Positions 49,839-57,032 of a stretch of 64,000 nt of DNA are shown one piece after another. The stretch is taken from contig JBGSRK010000010.1 of assembly GCA_041737595.1 (NCBI GenBank), forward strand, positions 1 through 64,000, given 5' to 3'. The notes beneath the pieces are model-generated. The model made no database searches. It was given only the letters and a program-made list of their open reading frames with translations, and had not been told where the DNA came from. The stretch is from Patescibacteria group bacterium. Lineage in GTDB: Bacteria; Patescibacteriota; CPR2; UBA1875. Made by a program: the position numbers and the translations under genes. Every line of letters starts with the position of its first letter. Within the stretch, counting starts at the first letter, position 1.

Positions 49839-50525
49839 CTACTTATTTATTAAATAGGCAATTAAATACTTTCGCTTATATACTTTACTAGATATCTCTA
49901 CTCGACCCTCTGTTTTAATAATTTTGTCTACATTAAAAAATTCTTTATACATATCCAAGAAATCAGACAAAGCAAAAACTCTTTCTGTGATTCCTAATTC
50001 TTTCATTAAATATGTATCCTTTTCTGGACCGGGTGACAATTTTATTAAATTCTGAGCATTTTTATCACCATCTTTTAAAAGTGTTCTAACAAAAAAGTAT
50101 CCTCCTTTTTTAAGCACTCTGTGAACTTCGGATAAATATATTTTTCTTTCTTTTTCTGTTAATGCATTTGAGGTTGTAATATCAAGAACTATTCCAAAAC
50201 TTTTATCTAAAAATGGGAGAGGTTCACCTATACTTTTTTTAATATATTTAACAGTAACATTATTCTTTTTGGCTTCAGATTCTGAAATTTTTATTGCCTC
50301 TTTCGAAATTTCAATTCCAATAACTTCATTGCCCAAACTCGCAAGATAATTTGCGTTACGGCCAGTCCCTGAACCTAAATCTAATATTTTATAATTTGTG
50401 ACTGACTTATTATTTTGCTTTTTCAAATATTTTAAATAAGTTAAAAACGCATTTTGCGGTTTTACAAAACCACTAAGCATTTTTTTATTTCTATATTCTT
50501 TATCCCAACTATTTGCTTGAGCCAT
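49839..50525 (-). CDS. class I SAM-dependent methyltransferase
   Basis: LDLGSGTGRN and RVLKKGG motifs. Confidence 0.9.
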   Translation of the reverse strand: MAQANSWDKEYRNKKMLSGFVKPQNAFLTYLKYLKKQNNKSVTNYKILDLGSGTGRNANYLASLGNEVIGIEISKEAIKISESEAKKNNVTVKYIKKSIGEPLPFLDKSFGIVLDITTSNALTEKERKIYLSEVHRVLKKGGYFFVRTLLKDGDKNAQNLIKLSPGPEKDTYLMKELGITERVFALSDFLDMYKEFFNVDKIIKTEGRVEISSKVYKRKYLIAYLINK

Positions 50526-50552
50526 AAAAATATTTTATCACAACAATCTTAA

Positions 50553-51410
50553 CTAAGCTTTTCCAGCACTCCCAAATAATCTGATTTTCTCAATAACAAC
50601 TTTTTCTACTGCTTCACCACCAGCTGGTAAGTATTTATAAGGGACTACTTGGTCTGGGTGAACCTCAAATTCATGTAAAATTCCTTTATGAAATGCCACT
50701 CTTAATTCAGTATTAACATTAATTTTTACCACACCAAGCGCGATGGCTTTTTTAATTTGATTTTTAGGTATTCCAGAACCTCCGTGTAGAGAAAAATATT
50801 TTTTTACTAGTTTTTTAATTTCTTTAAGTCTTTCAAAATCAAGTTGAGGAGGATTTGAATATATACCATGGATATTACCAATAGAGACAGCGAGAACATC
50901 TACTCCTGTCTCTCTTACAAATTTTAAAGCTTCTTTAGGATCAGTTAAATTTTCTTCTGCAATTTCAATTTTCTTTGAATGAGATTCAGAACTACCTGCT
51001 ATATGACCTATTTCCCCCTCAATTGAAAGATTATGTAAATGGGCTAATTTTGTTGCAACTTTTGTTAGTTTCACGTTTTCGTTGTATGGGAGTGATGAAC
51101 CATCTAGGTGGATTGAAGTATAACCAGCCTCAATCGCATTTTTAACAGACTCTAATGAAGCACCATGATCTAAATGTAAAACAATTGGTATTTTAGATTT
51201 TTTTGCTAACTCTTTCACTTCTGCGGCGGATATTTCAGGTGTAAGATGCTTCATTTCTCCTTCTGAAGTTTCAATAATTACAGGTGAATTCATTTTTTCA
51301 GCAGCAGAAATAATTGCTTTCGTTATTTCTAAATTTGAAGTATTAAAAGCACCAATCGCATAACCACCTTTTTGGGCTTTTTTAAATATATTTTTTGATG
51401 TTGTTAACAA
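50553..51410 (-). CDS. fba: class II fructose-bisphosphate aldolase
   Basis: HLDHG, EGEIG, GNIHG, LHGGSG and KINVNT motifs. Confidence 0.95.
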   Translation of the reverse strand: MLTTSKNIFKKAQKGGYAIGAFNTSNLEITKAIISAAEKMNSPVIIETSEGEMKHLTPEISAAEVKELAKKSKIPIVLHLDHGASLESVKNAIEAGYTSIHLDGSSLPYNENVKLTKVATKLAHLHNLSIEGEIGHIAGSSESHSKKIEIAEENLTDPKEALKFVRETGVDVLAVSIGNIHGIYSNPPQLDFERLKEIKKLVKKYFSLHGGSGIPKNQIKKAIALGVVKINVNTELRVAFHKGILHEFEVHPDQVVPYKYLPAGGEAVEKVVIEKIRLFGSAGKA

Positions 51411-51424
51411 ACTCGTATCCTCTC

Positions 51425-51454
51425 GTCATTCCCGCGAAGGCGGGAATCTAGATT
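51425..51454 (+). repeat. miniature palindromic element (same family as the tatD insert)
   Basis: GTCATTCCCGCGAAGGCGGGAATCTAGATT, intergenic between tpi and fba. Confidence 0.85.
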
Positions 51455-51498
51455 GCCAATCAATTGTTGTAACTATTTAATTATAAAATAATGTCAAA

Positions 51499-52335
51499 TT
51501 ATTTTTTCTTTTTTGTTTTTTTATTTGAATCTATTTTTTTAGATTTAGAATTTAGAATTAAGACTTCGGAAATTTCATCTTTGCCCTCAACTATATTTAC
51601 TATTTTTGTAAAAACTTTAAAATCTGGAGAAACTGTTCCTACAAGTACACCATCAATATCTGTTTCTTTTATAAAACTTTCTACATTTTTATCATCAACA
51701 CTACCACCATAAATAATATGTGTTGAATTTGCAGTTTTTTCTCCATAAAGTGCCTTAATCAAATCCCTAATTTGTTTTATTGCTTCATTTGCTTTTTTGG
51801 GTTCACAAACATGACCAGTTCCGATTGCCCAAACAGGTTCATAAGCAATAATAGATTTTGCAATCTCATCCTTAGTCAAATCAGAAAGTGAAGCTTCAAG
51901 TTGTCCAGTTACAACAAGCTTTGTTAAACCATCCATTTTTTCATGTAAAGATTCACCAACACAGATAACTGGAGTAATATTATGTCGTACTAAAGATGCT
52001 GCTTTTTTTGCCACAATTTTGTCTGTTTCTAAAAAATATTTTCTTCTCTCAGAATGGCCAACGATACAATATTTAGCAAACCCTTTTAATTGATGAGCTG
52101 AAATCTCACCAGTGTAAGCACCAGCATCTTCCCAAAAAGTATTTTGGGCACAAATCTCAATATCGGAATTTTTAACTATATCAGAAGCTGGATAAATAGA
52201 TAAATATGAAGGGCAAACGGCCACAATTGTTTTGTCAACTTTAATTGTTTTTATTAAACGCTCTAAAAGAAGTGTGCTCTCTGGTACAGTTAAATTCATT
52301 TTCCAATTACCAATAACAATTTTAGTTCTATTCAT
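51499..52335 (-). CDS. tpiA: triosephosphate isomerase
   Basis: GNWKMN, GHSERR, AYEPVWAIGTG and YGGSV motifs. Confidence 0.97.
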   Translation of the reverse strand: MNRTKIVIGNWKMNLTVPESTLLLERLIKTIKVDKTIVAVCPSYLSIYPASDIVKNSDIEICAQNTFWEDAGAYTGEISAHQLKGFAKYCIVGHSERRKYFLETDKIVAKKAASLVRHNITPVICVGESLHEKMDGLTKLVVTGQLEASLSDLTKDEIAKSIIAYEPVWAIGTGHVCEPKKANEAIKQIRDLIKALYGEKTANSTHIIYGGSVDDKNVESFIKETDIDGVLVGTVSPDFKVFTKIVNIVEGKDEISEVLILNSKSKKIDSNKKTKKKK

Positions 52336-52410
52336 TTTCCCTCCCTGATTTATCTTTTTCTATTATGAAGAAAAATATATGATAAATCAATTTTTAATTA
52401 AAATTAAAAA

Positions 52411-53583
52411 TTATTTTTTAAGTACTTCTAACCCGGGTAATTTCTTTCCTGATAAAAATTCTAATGTTGCTCCCCCACCAGTTGAAACAAAATCAAATTT
52501 AAGATCTAAATCATTTACAGCAGCCAAAGTATCTCCACCACCAATGATAGAATTCGCATTCGATTGACTTATTATTTTTGCAACTGCGATAGTCCCTTTT
52601 GCACTATTTTTGTGTTCAGAAATTCCAACTGGCCCATTCCAAAAAATCATTCCAGCAAATTTCAAAGGTTCTGAATATTTTGAGATAGTATTGGGCCCCA
52701 CATCAACAATAATGTCAGATTTTTCAACTTCATCTATCGATTTTGATTCAGTTTTGGCTGAAATATTTATACTTTTAGCACAAATAACATCATCTGGGAG
52801 AATAAGTTCAACTCCTTTTTCATCACATAATCTTTTAATATCATCCGCCACATTTTCAGATTCTGGTTCATAAAGAGATTTGCCGACATCGTAACCTTCT
52901 GCTGCCAAAAAAGTATTTGCCATTGCTCCGCCGATTATTAAAACATCTGCTTTTTGAATTAAGCCAGAAAGCACATCAATTTTATCAGATATTTTTGCTC
53001 CTCCAGAAACAACCACAAATGGTCTCTTGGGGTTTAGGAGTATATTATCTAGATATGTAGCTTCTTCTATTAATGAAAAACCTGCATAAGATGACAAAAA
53101 TTCTGTAATAGCAACAACAGAAGCATGATTTCGATGTGAAGCAGAAAAAGCATCATTTACATATAAATCACATCCTTCAGCTAATTTATGTGCAAAATCT
53201 TTATCGTTTTTTTCTTCAACATCATAAAATCTAACATTTTCAAGGAGTAAAACATCCCCAGATTTTGAAGATTCTATAGCTTTTAACTTTTCATGTCCGA
53301 TACAATCAGTTACAAAAGTAATTTTTTTATCTAAGTTTTTTTCGAGTTCGGAAACAATTATTTTTAAACTAAATTCTTTATTTTTTTTACCTTCAGGACG
53401 TCCAAAATGTGAACATAAAATCACTGTCGCGCCTTCAGAAAGAAGCCACTTTATAGTTTTTAAACTTGATAAAATCCTTTCATTATTCGTTACTTTGCCA
53501 GAAGCAATAGGAACATTATAATCAACTCGAACAAGGACTTTTTTACCCCTTACAGAAATATCTTTAATATTTTTTAATTTCAT
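52411..53583 (-). CDS. pgk: phosphoglycerate kinase
   Basis: RVDYNVP, SHFGRP, LLENVRF, GGGDT and STGGGA motifs. Confidence 0.97.
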   Translation of the reverse strand: MKLKNIKDISVRGKKVLVRVDYNVPIASGKVTNNERILSSLKTIKWLLSEGATVILCSHFGRPEGKKNKEFSLKIIVSELEKNLDKKITFVTDCIGHEKLKAIESSKSGDVLLLENVRFYDVEEKNDKDFAHKLAEGCDLYVNDAFSASHRNHASVVAITEFLSSYAGFSLIEEATYLDNILLNPKRPFVVVSGGAKISDKIDVLSGLIQKADVLIIGGAMANTFLAAEGYDVGKSLYEPESENVADDIKRLCDEKGVELILPDDVICAKSINISAKTESKSIDEVEKSDIIVDVGPNTISKYSEPLKFAGMIFWNGPVGISEHKNSAKGTIAVAKIISQSNANSIIGGGDTLAAVNDLDLKFDFVSTGGGATLEFLSGKKLPGLEVLKK

Positions 53584-53643
53584 TTATTGCCATCCCTTGT
53601 TCTTTTGTAATTTTAAAATTAATTTAAAATTTAGAACTTAAAA

Positions 53644-54657
53644 TTATAAATTTCTAACGACTAGATCTGTAAGATCTGCAAGTCGGTTAGCGTATCCCCA
53701 TTCATTATCATACCAACCGAATACTTTAAAAAAATTACCACCAATATTCTTTATTAAAAGACCGTCAAAAATAGATGAATAATTACTTCCTCTCCAATCA
53801 GTTGAAACGGTTGGATCCATAGAAACAAAAAGATAATTTTTCATTTGCCCCCTTGATGCTTTTAGCATTGCTTTTGTTATTTCTTCTGGGGTTGTTTCTT
53901 TTTCTAATTCAACAACTATGTCATTTATTGAAACCGTAGGAGTCGGAACACGGATTGCGACACCATCCATAATATCTTCTAATTCTGGGATAACTTCTTT
54001 AAGTGCTTTTGCGGCACCTGTAGTGGTCGGAATAATATTAACGGCTGCGGCCCTTGCTCTTCTTAAATCTTCATGTGGAACATCTAATATTCTTTGATCA
54101 TTAGTATAAGAATGAACCGTAGTTAAAAACCCTCTTTTGACACCAAAAGAATCAACCAAAACCTTCATAATTGGAGCAAGACCATTAGTTGTACAAGAGG
54201 CATTTGAAATAATATGATGCTCTTTTGAATTGTATTTTTCTTCATTAACTCCTAATACAATTGTTATATCATGGTTTTTAGCAGGTGCGGAAATAACTAC
54301 TTTTTTTGCACCAGCTCTAATATGTTGACCAGCGAGTTCTCCGTCAGTAAAAAAACCTGTGCATTCAAGTACTACATCAACTCCAAGTTTTTTCCATGGA
54401 AGTTTTGACGGAATTTTTTCTGCAAATGTTTTAATTTTTTTACCATTTACCTTAATACAATCCTTTCCTGGTTCTATTTTTGCTTTCCATGTACCATAAT
54501 TTGAATCAAATTTTAATAAATGCGCAAGAGTCTCATTATCTGTAAGATCATTAATTGCAACTACTTGAATTTTTTTATTATATTTTTCTGTCAAAATCTT
54601 AAATACTTGTCGACCTATTCGTCCAAAACCGTTAATTGCTACTTTTGTCATTTTCAT
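53644..54657 (-). CDS. gap: glyceraldehyde-3-phosphate dehydrogenase
   Basis: INGFGRIGR, ASCTTN and WYDNEWGY motifs. Confidence 0.98.
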   Translation of the reverse strand: MKMTKVAINGFGRIGRQVFKILTEKYNKKIQVVAINDLTDNETLAHLLKFDSNYGTWKAKIEPGKDCIKVNGKKIKTFAEKIPSKLPWKKLGVDVVLECTGFFTDGELAGQHIRAGAKKVVISAPAKNHDITIVLGVNEEKYNSKEHHIISNASCTTNGLAPIMKVLVDSFGVKRGFLTTVHSYTNDQRILDVPHEDLRRARAAAVNIIPTTTGAAKALKEVIPELEDIMDGVAIRVPTPTVSINDIVVELEKETTPEEITKAMLKASRGQMKNYLFVSMDPTVSTDWRGSNYSSIFDGLLIKNIGGNFFKVFGWYDNEWGYANRLADLTDLVVRNL

Positions 54658-54862
54658 TCCCCTTTTTCTTTTGCTTTTTTATTTTCTCTTTTGCATACTC
54701 TTTTATTTTATCAAAAAAAACTAAATTTATCCCTATAAGTTCTAAACCTACAAAAATAAGAAGCCAGCCAGGAACAATTGGGAATAAAAGACCTGCAATC
54801 CCAGCGAATATTAAAATAAATCCAGCAATTCTTTTTAAAATAAATTTTTTTTCTTCATTCAT
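54632..54862 (-). CDS. small 2-TM protein (PGPGW-like)
   Basis: GIAGLLFPIVPGWLLIFVGL hairpin; overlaps the gap start. Confidence 0.75.
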   Translation of the reverse strand: MNEEKKFILKRIAGFILIFAGIAGLLFPIVPGWLLIFVGLELIGINLVFFDKIKEYAKEKIKKQKKKGNENDKSSN

Positions 54863-54947
54863 ACTTCTATTATGACTGTTTTATAAAACAATTGAAATAC
54901 AAAAGAACTAGAAAAAATTAAAATTTTAGAGTAGTTTTTATAAATTA

Positions 54948-55553
54948 TTATAATATTGTTTTACCGCGTTTATTATAGCGGTCATATTCATTAAAATTTC
55001 CGCCTGGATTAACTTTTTTCAATACTTCGTGTCTAGCTTTCACTGCAATATCATTTTTAAGTACATTATCCATTTGGCTCATATGTTCTGGGTCGGAAAT
55101 AACTCCTTTTTCTTCCATGGCCATTTCTGAACTATTTATCGCAACATCTCTTGTCAATTTTCTTTGTGATGGAACTCCTCTTTTAATATATTCTATTTCT
55201 TTTTTATAAGAGTCTCTCGTAGATTCTCTACCAGTAATTACATCTTTAATTTTCTCAAATTTTGTTGTTGGTTCTTCTTCGGATGCTAGTTTTTCTTCCA
55301 ATTCGTCGATTCTTTTATTATCTTCTTCGGCCATTTTTTGAGCCATTTCTTTATCATCTACTCTCAAGTAATTTTCATCACTTTTATCAGCTACAAGTGC
55401 ATTTCTTGCTTTTTCTATTGCACTTGTTTCTAAGGATTTTAATTGCCCAGTAGTTAAATCACTTAACCCTAATATTTTTTTTCTTTCATGAAGATCTTCA
55501 GATTTATAATCTACATCTTCGTTTTCTGCTTGATCTTTTTCTAATTCAGTCAT
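54948..55553 (-). CDS. hypothetical charged helical protein
   Basis: AAGGAG SD, 201-aa open frame. Confidence 0.75.
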   Translation of the reverse strand: MTELEKDQAENEDVDYKSEDLHERKKILGLSDLTTGQLKSLETSAIEKARNALVADKSDENYLRVDDKEMAQKMAEEDNKRIDELEEKLASEEEPTTKFEKIKDVITGRESTRDSYKKEIEYIKRGVPSQRKLTRDVAINSSEMAMEEKGVISDPEHMSQMDNVLKNDIAVKARHEVLKKVNPGGNFNEYDRYNKRGKTIL

Positions 55554-55736
55554 ATAAATAACTCCTTATAAAATTTTGAACTGCCTATATAATACTCCAA
55601 TTAATATTTGTATTGCAAGGGGGGAAGGTTATTTTACGTTATTGTGAACAATAGCACGACAATCTATTTTCAACCACTCAGGGGTTCTTATACCTTGACC
55701 ACTAAAAAAGCCAGCGAGGTGCAAGCACTTCTCTGG

Positions 55737-55756
55737 CTTTTTGGCAGTCCCAAGGG
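55737..55756 (-). repeat. duplicated 3' end of tRNA-Glu (att-like)
   Basis: CTTTTTGGCAGTCCCAAGGG is identical to 55919-55938. Confidence 0.85.
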
Positions 55757-55820
55757 AACGACAAGTCGTATTCTCACCGCTATTCATAGTTATATACTAG
55801 TGAAAGCAGAGCACTTTAGC

Positions 55821-55847
55821 TGTCATTCTGAACTTGTTTCAGAATCT
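55821..55847. repeat. REP-like palindrome
   Basis: TGTCATTCTGAACTTGTTTCAGAATCT with an ATTCTGAA/TTCAGAAT stem and the same GTCATT...AATCT frame as the other elements. Confidence 0.65.
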
Positions 55848-55923
55848 ATGTTTTTATCATGCAGGGCTTCTTACCCCTTGAAACTAAAAAGAGCCCGAGC
55901 GGATAAACCGTTCTGACTCTTTT

Positions 55924-55998
55924 TGGCAGTCCCAAGGGGATTCGAACCCCTGTTACTAGGATGAAAACCTAGCGTCCTAACCCCTAGACGATGGGACC
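55924..55998 (-). tRNA. tRNA-Glu(TTC)
   Basis: GGTCCCATCGTCTAGGGGTTAGGACGCTAGG-TTTTCAT-CCTAGTAACAGGGGTTCGAATCCCCTTGGGACTGCCA folds as a cloverleaf with encoded CCA. Confidence 0.97.
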
Positions 55999-56247
55999 AT
56001 AAAAATTTATGTCACGTAATAACCTTTCTCTGATCTGCCCGTGACTTTTAAGCTGTTTTTCTCTCTTTCGAGCATCTGCATAGTTTTTATACTGCTCTAG
56101 GTGTGCAATAACAAACGGTGCTCTTCCTTTAGTTGATTTATTATAACCTCTATTATGTTGATATAGTCTAGATTCAAAATTTTTTGTTATACCAATGTAG
56201 AATCCTTTGTCCCTATCACTTTTCAAGATATAAACATAACAAATCAT
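55984..56247 (-). CDS. small GIY-YIG nuclease
   Basis: YVYILKS...FYIGIT...RLYQHN.G...A.KREKQLKS. The last codons (GPIV*) lie inside tRNA-Glu. Confidence 0.92.
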   Translation of the reverse strand: MICYVYILKSDRDKGFYIGITKNFESRLYQHNRGYNKSTKGRAPFVIAHLEQYKNYADARKREKQLKSHGQIRERLLRDINFYGPIV

Positions 56248-56269
56248 TATTCGATTATAAAGGTTTTTT

Positions 56270-56313
56270 GTCCTAACCTCTAGACCCTGCCTGCCGCAGG
56301 CGGGGATGGGACC
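56270..56313 (-). pseudogene. 5' fragment of tRNA-Glu interrupted by a 19-bp palindrome
   Basis: GGTCCCATC[CCCGCCTGCGGCAGGCAGG]GTCTAGAGGTTAGGAC matches tRNA nt 1-25 at 24/25 once the insert is removed. Confidence 0.85.
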
Positions 56314-56326
56314 GTGGACGCCACAA

Positions 56327-56355
56327 ATTATACCATTCTTGAGCGTAAATTTCAA
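56327..56355 (-). promoter_or_regulatory. sigma70 promoter upstream of the tRNA fragment
   Basis: TTGAAA-17-TATAAT with extended TG. Confidence 0.7.
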
Positions 56356-56473
56356 TTCTAAATTATAAAACAAATACTAAAGCTATAAAGATAGTTATTA
56401 AATCTTTTTTTATATTATTATTTGGATTAGTTATGCTCATATCCACCTTAATGAATCAGATGGTTTATTCCAT

Positions 56474-57004
56474 CTATCTCTCAAGCCACTGCTGTTTAAG
56501 ATAAACTTCAGAATCGTGATTATTTTGTAACCAATCTCGAAGTGAAAAAATATTAAGAACTACTAATGGTTTTGCCTTCATGATTTTGTTATTTAGTTTG
56601 TAATAAATTTCTTCCTTGCCACCCAGAAATCCTAAGGCTATCGACTTCTTAATATTTGAAGTTTTTTTATTAACCCCATATGCACTTAAATCTAAAGTTG
56701 GTGTTATTTTCCAAAACCTTGGCAGATTATCATATGTGAATCCTTGATCACCTATATTCCCAACCTTCTCGACTCCCAGTTCTTGCATATTCTTATTATT
56801 TAAACCAACAAAAACAGTAAAATCAGGCTTTTTTGCGAACATTTTTCTAAGTTTTTCTTCTGCTGGTCTTTTATTAAATTTTTGATTGTAACAATTCATT
56901 AATAACCCATATTTTGGTAATTTTTGATAATCGAAAACAGCCAATACATAAGTAAGTCCTAAGCTTGTTGGTATTTCTAAAATATCACCAATTTTTATGT
57001 TCAT
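56474..57004 (-). CDS. putative immunity protein (Imm26-like)
   Basis: Immediately downstream of the RHS toxin; KIGDILEIPT..GLTY...YG.L N-terminal pattern; GGAG SD. Confidence 0.7.
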   Translation of the reverse strand: MNIKIGDILEIPTSLGLTYVLAVFDYQKLPKYGLLMNCYNQKFNKRPAEEKLRKMFAKKPDFTVFVGLNNKNMQELGVEKVGNIGDQGFTYDNLPRFWKITPTLDLSAYGVNKKTSNIKKSIALGFLGGKEEIYYKLNNKIMKAKPLVVLNIFSLRDWLQNNHDSEVYLKQQWLER

Positions 57005-57032
57005 CGATTCTCCAATGATATAATATTATCTA

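Noticed and set aside
55608-55916. 102-aa + strand ORF
   Set aside because: Runs across terminators, the att-like repeat and a palindrome; likely spurious.
56248-56373. N-terminal extension of the GIY-YIG ORF in the track
   Set aside because: It translates the promoter and tRNA fragment; the domain begins at ATG 56247.
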